Shown here: positions 39,255 to 51,610 of the stretch, in pieces
Layout of the letters: each line of letters opens with the position of its first letter
How positions within the stretch are numbered: position 1 is the stretch's first letter
Made by a program: the position numbers and the translations under genes
Notes under the pieces: model-generated
Told to the model about the DNA's origin: nothing
Seen by the model: only the letters and a program-made list of their open reading frames with translations
Databases searched by the model: none
NCBI GenBank assembly: GCA_964016885.1
Contig: CAXHJY010000646.1
Span: 1 to 64,000, forward strand
Direction: 5' to 3'
Origin: Eledone cirrhosa
Taxonomy: Eukaryota
Length of the DNA: 64,000 nt

Positions 39255-41195
39255 TTTCTTCTCCTTCGCCCACTAGCGTGACCAGCCAAACTCATGGATG
39301 TTATCCAACCATCTTGTTCAGAATCTACCTCTGCGTCTCCTACCTGTTGGTTTTGCCCGTAATATCTGTCCAGCGATTCTTTCTTGAGACATTCTAACCA
39401 CATGTCCATAGTATCTGAGCTGTTATTTCTCAATATGGTGAAGTAGCAGCTCTACCTGAAGTGACTCTATGATCTCCGAGCTACACACTCTATCAAGTAA
39501 CATTACTCCAAAGACCATTCGGGGGAACCGCATTTCGGCCACTTGTATCACTATCGTATTCTTTTGGTCATTACCCAAGATCATGACCATAGGTAAGGGT
39601 TGGCACAAATACTGAATTGAAGATAACAAGTTTGTCTTTTACACCTACCTCCCTTCTTCTGACTACTGAATGCTGAAGCTGTTCATTACTACACCAGCTC
39701 CTGCAATTCTTGCACTTAATTCAGCCTCCTGCCTTCCATCACTCGTGAACACGGCCCCGAGATACTTCAACTTCTCTACCTGCTTCAGTGGAACTCCATT
39801 TACATGTAAAGTGCACTGCGCAGGGTTCCTTGAGAGGATGAGTATCTCAGTTTTCACAGCACTGATTTTCATTCCAGCCATGCAACACTCGGCATCAAAC
39901 TTATCGAGTGCAAGTCAGAGATCATCTTCTGTCATATTAAGTAACTACAAATTCCAACTGACTGATTTTACACCCGCCAGTCATGATACCACTTCCAACT
40001 TGGCTGCACATGTCAATCCTGCTCAGGTGACAGCACACACTCTTGGCGGACATCGACTCCAATATTGAATGGTTTCAGTTTAACACCATTTATGCCAACA
40101 CAAATACTCGAGTATTCGTATAGAGACATCAGGGCAGCAAGAAGCTGACCATCACAGCAGGTCCCAAGGAATGCCGTCATATGCTTTTTCAAAGTCGACA
40201 AAACAAGAATATACCTCAAATACCTGCCACAGAGTGAATATTTGGCCGTGTATCCTGCATCCAGGGTGAAAACCACTCTGTTCTTCAGCTAGCTTAGACT
40301 TGACAATTTCCCTGCATCTCTTTGCCAGATACTTAGCATAGACTTTACTGGGGAGGCTTAACAAGATCTCTTTGTAATTGGAACAATCTCTCTTGTCTCC
40401 CTTTTTGAAAATTGGAATTATCACTCCTGATTGCCATTGCTTAGGTGCCTTTCCAGAGATCCAGGCCACCCAGCACACTTTAGTCAGCCAGAGAATACAT
40501 TCTCTATTTAAGGCTTTTAACATCTTGGGCTGGATTTCATCTTCCCCAGCGGCCTTGTCACATTTGAGCTCTTTAACTGTTCTTGTGACCTCAGTCTCTG
40601 AGAGATTAGTCACCGTTCCCAGTTGCTCCTTATGTACATCAGAAGATGCTGTTGTGATTGGGTTTAGGAGACCAGCAAAGTATTCTTTCCACCTCGTGAG
40701 GATGCACCTCTCTGAAGAGAGGAGAACCCTCAGATGCGTTCATGATAGCAGGTGTGGAGTTTTTCTTATTACGAACTCGGCGGATGGTCTGCTAGAATAC
40801 TTTTTTTGCCAATCTGAAGTCGGATTCCAGGTTAACCCCAAAGTCCTCCCATGACTTCACTTTGGACACCTTTACTGTCTCTGCTGCGATTCTTCATGCC
40901 TGCTAGTACCACAACTGCAAAAAGAAGGACATATTTGCAAGCCAAACTTTGGCACCCTCCTGCCATCTGGTGCAACACCAAGCCACTTTTGCCCACAGCA
41001 TTTAACAGCTGAAGAAGAAACTGTTATGCTGAACAATCTCCACTCTGTCTCAACATCCCCAGTTTCCTCAGGGAGTTCTCTGAATTTGGATGCAATAGTA
41101 TCTGCATACCAGGTCCTGACTTCCTTATCCACCAATACTTCCCACTTTATCCTGTAGGTCGCTCTGGACCTGCCAGTTTTGTGGGCTTCCTTGGC
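39255..41195 (-). mobile_element. Decayed RTE-clade LINE (linker, RT and C-terminus), heavily frameshifted
   Basis: KAAGEDEI.PKMLK, W..GVIIPIFKKGD, EEQSGF, FVDFEKAYD, VRQECVLSP, KQVEKLKYLG. Confidence 0.92.
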
Positions 41196-41282
41196 TTTAT
41201 ATATATATATAGTGTGTGAGAGAGAGAGAGTAGTAGTATACAGATAAGAAGAGATACAGTGTGAGAGAGAAAGTGATGGTGT

Positions 41283-41321
<39 letters not shown>

Positions 41322-41471
41322 TGGGCGGATGGAAGAGATCTCCCCCCCACCCACAGTCTCCACAATGGAAGAGATCCCCCACCACCACCACCACACTCTC
41401 CTCCCTATACCCCACAGGCTCCATCAATCAAAAATATTACAAAGTTTGCAAAGTACATATTTTTTTTTTTA

Positions 41472-41517
<46 letters not shown>

Positions 41518-41644
41518 TACTATTATTATTGTTGTTGTTGTTGTTGTTGTATGGTGTAAAATATGGGTTGGGTTCTTTTGATTCTGGGTTCTTCCTTCCT
41601 CCTCTTGTGTATCTAATTCTTGACTTATTAATGTCTACCTCTGT

Positions 41645-42006
41645 AACAACCACCCCCACACACCCAGCGCCTCACTACACCCACCACCACCACCACCACC
41701 ACCACCACCCACTGGCAACCACTCCGCCTCACTACACCCACCACCACCACCACCACTCACTGGCAACCACCCCGCCTCACTACACCCACCACCACCACCA
41801 CCACCACTCACTGGCAACCACCCCGCCTCACTACACCCACCACCACCACCACCACCACCACTCACTGGCAACCACTCCGCCACCCCCAGCACCCTCCGCC
41901 TCACTACACCCACCACTCACTGGCAACCACCCCGCCGCCTCACTACACCCACCACCTACCACCACCACCACCACCACTCACTGGCAACCACCCCACCACC
42001 ACCACC
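41645..42006. repeat. C-rich minisatellite (~42-48 bp) with (CAC)n
   Basis: Repeated CTGGCAACCAC.CCGCCTCACTACACCCACCACC. Confidence 0.85.
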
Positions 42007-42179
42007 TGGTGGCATGGCCGTTTTCATTTACTTTTTTCTTCTGTTTTACTAGTTACACTATCTCTCTCTCTGACTCTCTCTCTCACTATCTCTCTCTCTC
42101 TCTTTTTCTATCTATCTCTCTCTCTCTCTTTTTCTCTCTCCCTCACCTTTTCACTAAATACTTAATTCAATTATTTCAC

Positions 42180-42602
42180 TTGTTGTTGTTGTTAATGTGT
42201 CGTCGTTGTTGTTGTTGTTGTTGTTGTTACTGTTGTTGTTGTTACTGCTGTTGTTGTTGTTACTGTTGTTATTGTTGTTGTTGTTACTGCTGTTGTTGTT
42301 ACTGCTGTTGTTGTTGTTGTTACTGTTGTTATTGTTGTTGTTGTTACTGTTGTTGTTGTTGTTGTTGTTGTTACTGTTGTTGTTGTTGTTTCTGTTGTTA
42401 CTGTTGTTGTTGTTGTTTTTGTTGTTACTGCTGTTGTTGTTACTGTTGCTGTTGTTGTTACTGTTGTTGTTGTTGTTGTTGTTGTTGTTACTGTTGTTGT
42501 TACTGTTGTTGTTGTTGTTGTTGTTACTGTTGTTGTTACTGTTGTTGTTGTTGTTGTTACTGTTGTTGTTGTTGTTGTTGTTGTTACTGCTGTTGTTGTT
42601 AC

Positions 42603-42633
<31 letters not shown>

Positions 42634-43015
42634 ACTGCTGTTGTTACTGTTACTGTTGTTGTTACTGCTGTTGTTGTTACTGTTGTTGTTGTTGTTGTTG
42701 TTGTTACTGTTGTTACTGCTGTTGTTACTGTTACTGTTGTTGTTACTGCTGTTGTTGTTACTGTTGTTGTTGTTGTTGTTGTTGTTACTGTTGTTGTTGT
42801 TGTTACTGTTGTTGTTGTTACTGCTGTTGTTACTGTTACTGTTGTTGTTACTGCTGTTGTTGTTACTGCTGTTGTTGTTACTGCTGTTGTTACTGTTACT
42901 GTGGTTACTGCTGTTGTTGTTGTTACTGTTGTTGTTGTTGTTGTTGTTGTTACTGTTGTTGTTACTGTTGTTGTTACTGTTGTTGTTACTACTACTGTTA
43001 CTACTCTGTTGTTGC
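42180..43015. repeat. (GTT)n microsatellite punctuated by TAC
   Basis: Trinucleotide repeat; source of the poly-Cys and poly-Leu ORFs. Confidence 0.97.
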
Positions 43016-43339
43016 TTTTGTTTTATCTCTTGATCTGCTCCACCACCACAGTCAACACCACCATAACCAGCTGCACCAATGCCATCACCTACATCCCCAC
43101 CACCATCACTACCAGTTATCCCTCACCACCACCACCACCTCCACCCTACTACCTCACCACCACCACCACCTCCACCCTACTACCCCACCTCCACCACCCA
43201 CCTCCTACATTAATGGTACATGTGTTTAAATCATTCAGTGTGTTCTGTTGTAGAAGTAATTACAACTTGTAACCCCCTCCATCCCACCCCACTCTGCAGG
43301 GGACACCTCTCCGACCCCCCATACCCTCACACAGATATA

Positions 43340-43340
43340 T

Positions 43341-43380
<40 letters not shown>

Positions 43381-46300
43381 ATACAGAGATGTACACACGC
43401 ACACATTCACACACTTACACACACACATACACACACATACACGTACACAGATACACATGTACACACAAATACAATACACACATGTACACACACATACACA
43501 CATACACATACACACATGTACACACACATACACACAATGTATTTCTCCCCTCTGTAATTACAGTTCCTTACTGCATGAAGTTTTGTGCATTACACACACA
43601 TCGACAAACATACACACATCGACAAACACACACACATCGACAAACACACACACATCGACAAACACACACACATCGACAAACACACACACACACATCGACA
43701 AACACACACACACATCGACAAACACACACACACCGACAAACACACACGTCTACAAACACACACACATCTACAAACACACACACACATTTACAAACACACA
43801 CATCTACAAACACACATACACACATACACGCATATACACACACACACGCACATACACACACAGGTCCACACACACACTCACACACAGGTACACACACACA
43901 TACGCGTACACACACACACACACGCACAGACACATACACACACACATGCACAGACACACACATCCATACAGACACACACATCCATACAGACACACGCCTT
44001 CATACAGACACACACCTTCATACAGACACACACATCCATACAGACACATCCATACAGACACACACATTCATACAGACACACACATCCATACAGACACACA
44101 CATCCATACACAGACACACACATCCATACACAGACACACACCTTCATACAGACACACACATCCATACAGACACACACCTTCATACAGACACACACATCCA
44201 TACAGACACACACCTTCATACAGACACACACATCCATACAGACACACACCTTCATACAGACACACACCTTCATACAGACACACACATCCATACAGACACA
44301 CACATCCATACAGACACACACATCCATACAGACACACACATCCATACAGACACACACATCCATACACAGACACACACATCCATACACAGACACACACATC
44401 CATACACAGACACACACCTTCATACAGACACACACATCCATACAGACACACACCTTCATACAGACACACACATCCATACAGACACACACCTTCATACAGA
44501 CACACACCTTCATACAGACACACACATCCATACAGACACACACCTTCATACAGACACACACATCCACACAGACACACACATCCATACAGACACACACCTT
44601 AATACAGACACACACATCCATACAGACACACACATCCATACAGACACACACCTTCATACAGACACACACCTTCATACAGACACACACATCCATACAGACA
44701 CACACCTTCATACAGACACACACCTTCATACAGACACACACCTTCATACAGACACACACCTTCATACAGACACACACATCCATACAGACACACACCTTCA
44801 TACAGACACACACATCCATACAGACACACACATCCATACAGACACACACCTTCATACAGACACACACCTTCATACAGACACACACCTTCATACAGACACA
44901 CACCTTCATACAGACACACACCTTCATACAGACACACACATCCATACAGACACACACCTTCATACAGACACACACCTTCATACAGACACACACCTTCATA
45001 CAGACACACACATCCATACAGACACACACCTTCATACAGACACACACCTTCATACAGACACACACCTTCATACAGACACACACATCCATACACAGACACA
45101 CACCTTCATACAGACACACACATCCATACAGACACACATCCATACAGACACACACATTCATACAGACACACACATCCATACAGACACACACCTTCATACA
45201 GACACACACCTTCATATAGACACACACATCCATACAGACACACACATCCACACAGACACACACATCCATACAGACACACACATCCATACAGACACACACC
45301 TTCATACAGACACACACATCCATACAGACACACACATCCATACAGACACACACCTTCATACAGACACACACCTTCATACAGACACACACATCCATACAGA
45401 CACACACCTTCATACAGACACACACATCCATACAGACACACACATCCATACAGACACACACATTCATACACAGACACACACCTTCATACAGACACACACA
45501 TCCATACAGACACACACGTTCATACAGACACACACATCCACACAGACACACACATCCACACAGACACACACATCCATACAGACACACACATCCATACAGA
45601 CACACACCTTCATACAGACACACACATCCATACAGACACACACATCCATACAGACACACACATCCATACAGACACACACATTCATACAGACACACACATC
45701 CATACAGACACACACGTTCATACAGACACACACATCCATACAGACACACACATCCATACAGACACACACATCCATACAGACACACACATTCATACAGACA
45801 CACACATCCATACAGACACACACGTTCATACAGACACACACATCCATCCATACAGACACACACATCCATACAGACACACACATTCATACACAGACACACA
45901 CCTTCATACAGACACACACATCCATACAGACACACACGTTCATACAGACACACACATCCATACAGACACACACATCCACACAGACACACACATCCATACA
46001 GACACACACATCCATACAGACACACACCTTCATACAGACACACACATCCATACAGACACACACATCCATACAGACACACACATCCATACAGACACACACA
46101 TTCATACAGACACACACATCCATACAGACACACACGTTCATACAGACACACACATCCATACAGACACACACATTCATACACAGACACACACATCCATACA
46201 GACACACACATCCATACAGACACACACCTTAATACAGACACACACCTTCATACAGACACACACATCCATACACAGACACACACCTTCATACAGACACACA

Positions 46301-46740
46301 CCTTCATACAGACACACACATCCATACAGACACACACGTTCATACAGACACACACATCCATACAGACACACACATCCATACAGACACACACCTTCATACA
46401 GACACACACCTTCATACAGACACACACATCCATACAGACACACACCTTCATACAGACACACACATCCATACAGACACACACATCCATACAGACACACACA
46501 TCCATACAGACACACACATCCATACACAGACACACACCTTCATACAGACACACACATCCATACAGACACACACATCCATACAGACACACACCTTCATACA
46601 GACACACACATCCATACAGACACACACCTTCATACAGACACACACATCCATACAGACACACACATCCATACAGACACACACCTTCATACAGACACACACA
46701 GACATACACAGACACACACCTATAGACATACATACACAGA
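43340..46740. repeat. (CA)-rich tract grading into an 18-bp minisatellite (CATACAGACACACACATC / CATACAGACACACACCTT)
   Basis: 18-bp periodicity in ~43950-46700. Confidence 0.95.
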
Positions 46741-46811
46741 TATATATAGACAAGCAAGTACACTACAGTGTATATAACACATGTATATAGATATATACAA
46801 CATACAAGCAC

Positions 46812-47420
46812 GTGTGTGTTGGTGTGTCTGTTGGTGTGTTGGTGTTGGTTGGTGTGTTGGTGGTGTGTGTGTGTGTTGGTTGGTGTGTTGGTATGTGTGT
46901 GTTGGTGTGTTGGTGTGTTGGTGTTGGTGTGTGTGTTGGTCTGTTGGTGTGTGTGTTGGTGTTGGTGTGTGTGTTGGTGTTGGTGTGTGTCTGTTGGTGT
47001 GTTGGTGTTGGTGTGTGTGTGTTTGTGTGTGTTGGTGTGTGTGTTGGTGTTGGTGTGTGTGTTGGTGTTGGTGTGTGTGTGTGTTGATGTTGGTGTGTGT
47101 TGGTGTGTGTATTGATGTTGGTGTGTGTATGTGGGTGTGTGTGTTGGTGTGTGTGTTGGTGTTGGTGTGTGTGTGTGTGTTGGTGTGTGTCTTGGTGTTG
47201 GTGTGTGTTGGTGTGTGTGGGTGTTGGTGTATGTTGGTGTGTGTGTGTTGGTGTATGTGTTGGTGTGTGTGTGTTGGTGTGTGTGTGTTGGTGTGTGTGT
47301 GTGTTGGTGTTGGTGTGTGTTGGTCGGTGTGTTGGTGTATTGGTGTGTGTGTGTGTTAGCGTGTGTTGGTGTGTGTGTGTGTTGGCGTTGGTGTGTGTGT
47401 GTGTGTCAGTGTGTGTGTGT
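46812..47420. repeat. (GT)/(GTTGGT) low-complexity repeat
   Basis: Simple repeat. Confidence 0.9.
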
Positions 47421-47479
47421 GAACTTCTTTTGGCAAATTATCATTTATGTTGTTTTGACTTGGCAATTGCTGTTATATA

Positions 47480-47521
<42 letters not shown>

Positions 47522-47602
47522 TATATATAAATACACACACACTTAATATAGTGGTGCTGCTTGTAGTCTAACAGTATTTTATATAGGTTTGAAAGAAAGT
47601 AT

Positions 47603-47645
<43 letters not shown>

Positions 47646-47842
47646 GATAAATCTACCAAAAGTTTACGGTAGTGTCCAATCCGTATGAAGAACTCAATGT
47701 AATCCGGATATCATGGAAAGAAGAGATGCATTCAAAAATCACTTTCGTTGAAAGATAAACGGAATACAGAGTCAAGATAAAATGTTAAAAAAATAATGAA
47801 TAAAACAATGAAACAGTTCCTTATATTAAACAAAAAAAGTTC

Positions 47843-47989
47843 ATTATTTAACGATCGTTTCTAGGACACATATGTGTTAGAATTGGCATGCATATTCAAC
47901 AGATCTATGTACAAAATTATACAAAATTATACAAACTATCAAATATAATATACATACCAACACATACATATGCCGTCTTCAGAAATAAT
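47843..47989 (-). ncRNA. Type I hammerhead ribozyme, family H3 (mirror copy)
   Basis: Reverse complement of 47998-48144. Confidence 0.75.
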
Positions 47990-47997
47990 TTTTTCTA

Positions 47998-48144
47998 ATT
48001 ATTTCTGAAGACGGCATATGTATGTGTTGGTATGTATATTATATTTGATAGTTTGTATAATTTTGTATAATTTTGTACATAGATCTGTTGAATATGCATG
48101 CCAATTCTAACACATATATGTCCTAGAAACGATCGTTAAATAAT
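47998..48144 (+). ncRNA. Type I hammerhead ribozyme, family H3, ~115-nt stem II domain
   Basis: AUUAUUU-CUGAAGA-CGGCAUAUGUAUGUGUUGG...CUAACACAUAUAUGUCCUA-GAAAC-gauc-GUU-AAAUAAU; 7-bp stem I. Confidence 0.75.
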
Positions 48145-48207
48145 GAACTTTTTTTGTTTAATATAAGGAACTGTTTCATTGTTTTATTCATTATTTTTTT
48201 AACATTT

Positions 48208-48238
<31 letters not shown>

Positions 48239-48288
48239 CTACCACTCAAAAATTTTCAACTATATAATTCAATTGGATACAGAGTCAA

Positions 48289-48650
48289 AATAGAAATATT
48301 AAAACAATGAAATTAAACACAAAACTGTTAATTCATAGTAAAACTCATTATTTTACGATCGTTTCGGGGGGGGGGGGGGTAGTTCCCTGCATGTTCATTC
48401 TATTATTGATCTATGTAAAACATATTACAAAATATCATAGTAAGAAAAAATACATGCCGTAATTTCTGAAGACGGTGGGTAGTGAAAACGTATGTATTTT
48501 TTCTCACTATGATATTTTGTAACATATTTTACATAGATCAATAATAGAATGAACATACAGAGAACTAGCCCCCAGAAACGATCGTAAAATAATGTGTTTT
48601 ACTATGAATTATCAGTTTTGTGTTTAATTTCATTGTTTTAATATTTCTAT
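48289..48650. repeat. Older imperfect palindrome of the same family, with an HHR at 48462-48590 (+)
   Basis: AUUU-CUGAAGA-CGGUGGGUAGU...ACUAGCCCCCA-GAAAC-gauc-GUA-AAAU. Confidence 0.8.
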
Positions 48651-48849
48651 ATATATTAAAATAACAGATTAAAGTTTAAGCAAAGAATCGCTGCTTTCAC
48701 CCTTAACGGGATCTTCTGAAACTCTTTGGATTTTAGACTTCACATTTATTATTACTATATATATATATATATATACACATGTATGTGTATATATGTGTAT
48801 TTACACATACACTTGAAGGAGTTCTGTTGTTTCTGTGTTTCAAATGAAA

Positions 48850-49125
48850 TAATTGTTTCTACTTTTGGCACAAGGCCAGCAAATACCCAGTACTTTATTT
48901 TATCAACCCCGTAAGGATGAAAGACAAAGTTAACCTCGGTGGGATTTGAACTCGGATCGTAAAGGGACATAACTATGCTGGAAAGCATGTCCGACCCTCT
49001 GCCAATTCTGCCAATCCACCAAATAATTGTTTCTACTTTAGGCACAAGGCCAGCAATTACCCAGTGCATTACTGGTACTTTATTTTATCGACCCCGTAAG
49101 GATGAAAGGCAAATCAACCTCGGCC
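48850..49125 (-). mobile_element. SINE family A, head-to-tail pair (one truncated)
   Basis: Two AATTGTTTCTACTT..GGCACAAGGCC tails. Confidence 0.88.
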
Positions 49126-49461
49126 AAATAATATTTTCTAGATAGAGTCCGTTAAATGCTTCCCGAAATACGCCAAAACTACACCTGATGTACTCCTTCC
49201 ATACACATGCACACATGTGTGTATCATGACTCATGCACTGTTCATTTTACTGATGTTTGTGCATTGCCCTATGTACTGTACATGTACTTTTTTGATGAGT
49301 TGTGGTGCACCTGGGCACTGTACACAATATTTCATTATTGTTATTGTTATTATATCATGACTCATACACTGTTTATTTTCCTGACATTTGTACATTATTC
49401 TATGTACTATACATGCACCTTTGATGAGTTGTAGTGCACCTGAGCACTGTACACAATAATT

Positions 49462-49498
<37 letters not shown>

Positions 49499-49739
49499 AT
49501 GAAGATCTTTTCTCTCCTCATTCAACAATTTCCATTATTATTTCCTTCATTTATATCAGAAATCATTATTATTTCCTTCTTTTAATTTATTCTACTTGAT
49601 ATTCTCCAAAATATTTCTTTTGTTGCCTATTGCTGCTTTTTGCTGTGTCATCATGGTAAGGAACAGTGGCTTTATATCAGATTCAACTCCATAAAACTAC
49701 CTCCATCGCATTCTAGCTTCTTTGGGATTATGTTAGGGG

Positions 49740-50618
49740 ATGTGTTGGTGGTAGTGTGGTCGTGATGTGCTTGGGGTTTGTGGGGTTTGTGTGGTTTGAT
49801 GTGCTGGTGTTGTGTTGGTGGTGGTGTGGTTTTATGTGCTGGTGTTGTGTTGGTGGTGGTGTGGTTTTATGTGCTGGTGTTGTGTTGGTGGTGGTGTGGT
49901 TTGATGTGCTAGTGTTGTTGGTGGTGGTGTGGTCGTGTTGGTGGTGGTGTGGTCATGTTGGTGGTGGTGTGGTTTGATATGCTGGTGTTGTTTTGGTGGT
50001 GGTGTGGTTTGATGTGCTGGTGTTGTTGGTGGTGGTGTGGTTTGATGTGCTGGTGTTGTTTTGGTGGTGGTGTGGTTTGATGTGCTGGTGTTGTTTTGGT
50101 GGTGGTGTGGTTTGATGTGCTGGTGTTGTTGGTGGTGGTGTGGTCGTGTTGGTGGTGGTGTGGTTTGATGTGCTGGTCTTATGTTGGTGGTGGTGTAGTG
50201 TAGTGTGGTGTGGTGTAGTGCAGTGTGGTGTAGTGGGTGTGATGTAGTGTGGAGTAGTGGGATATAGTATGGTGTAGTGTGGTGTTGTGTAGTGTGATGT
50301 GTTGTGTAGTGTGGTGTAGTGTGGTGTGGTGTAGTGAGGTGTGGTGTAGTGTTGTGTGGTGTGGTGTAGTGTAGTGTAGTGTGGTGTAGTGTGGTCTAGT
50401 GAGGTGTAGTGTTGTGTGGTGTGGTGTGGTGTAATGTGGTGTGGTGTGGTGCAGTGCGTTGTTGTGTAATGTAGTGTTGTGTAATGTGGTGTGGTGTAGT
50501 GTGGTGTGGTGTGGTGTGGTGCAGTGTAGTGTGGTGTGGTGTGGTGTGGTAGTGTAGTGTAATGTGGTGTGGTGTGGTGCAGTGTGTTGTGGTGTAGTGT
50601 AGTGTAGTGTGGTGTGGT
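49740..50618. repeat. GTG/GTGTA-rich low-complexity repeats
   Basis: ~33-bp degenerate unit followed by (GTGTG/GTGTA)n. Confidence 0.9.
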
Positions 50619-50926
50619 GGATGAAAGGCAAAGCTAACCTCGGCGCGATTTGAATTCAGAACATAAAGGGCCATAACTCTATGCTGTAAAGCATGGTGTG
50701 CTCTACTGATACTGCCAATCCACTACTCTAATTTAATTGTTTCTACTTTTGGCACAAGGCCAGCAATTACCCCAGTACATTACTGGTACTTTATTTTATC
50801 GACCCCGTAAGGATGAAAGGCAAAGTTAACCTCGGCGGGATTTGAATTCAGAATGGCAAGGGCCGTAACTCTATGCATCAAAGCATGGCGTCCGACCCTC
50901 TACCGATACTGCCAATCCACTACCCT
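50619..50926 (-). mobile_element. SINE family A, tandem pair
   Basis: Partial copy 50619-50723 and full copy 50735-50926. Confidence 0.88.
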
Positions 50927-51610
50927 AATTTAATAATATAACTTTCTCATTATTATCTTTGGAACATAACAGAGTTTCTTACATAAATTTAAGATAGATT
51001 TTTTTAGTTTAATCTAACCACTTCAAAAGCAACATTTTGTATCAGAGAACCAGATGTTTCAAGTGATTTCATATGAAAAGAGTTACTACTTGATATCTGC
51101 ATTATCTCCCTTTGGTACGTTACAGAAAAATAATTTACAGCATTGATTTCCAAACCTATTTTGTTACACTACACCTATATGATTTTTAAAAACATCACAT
51201 AACTTATACCTACATTTTTCAGAGTCTCTCCACCACCCTAATTTTAATAAGATATTAAATGAAATTAAAATGTGTAAATATAGTTGCCATAATGCAGATA
51301 ACTATAATAATAGTATATGATTCTAAATATTAACTGAACAAATCGAGTCAAGTTCTCCTGAACACTGATAAAGTGTGTCTCTTGTTCACATTTTTCCACC
51401 TTCTGGGGCACTCTACTCAGTTTATTCAACTATTATTTTTAAAGACCAAGTATTAATATAGTTATTTACATTGTGGTCACTACATTTTCAAATTTCCAAA
51501 TGATTCATAAGTCAACCAAATACAGGTTACACTTTTAGAGAGGAAAATTGTTTTGGAAAGAAAATTTATTCTCATAAAACAACAACAAAAGCAAAGAACA
51601 AGATACCGCA

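Larger units (their letters stand above)
47777..48210. repeat. Near-perfect palindrome, 214-bp arms and 6-bp spacer, each arm carrying an HHR
   Basis: Arms 47777-47990 and 47997-48210; one mismatch seen. Confidence 0.95.

Noticed and set aside
41529-43229. 566-aa His/Cys-rich ORF resembling a metallothionein or structural protein
   Set aside because: It is a translation of (CAC)n, (CT)n and (GTT)n repeats that are open in several frames, with no gene structure.
43220-47571. Many long His/Thr and Val/Cys ORFs
   Set aside because: They are translations of CA/GT mini- and microsatellites.
48686-48725. Minus-strand HHR-like remnant (CAGAAGA-UCCC..GGGU-GAAA)
   Set aside because: The core, cleavage triplet and stem I are all defective.
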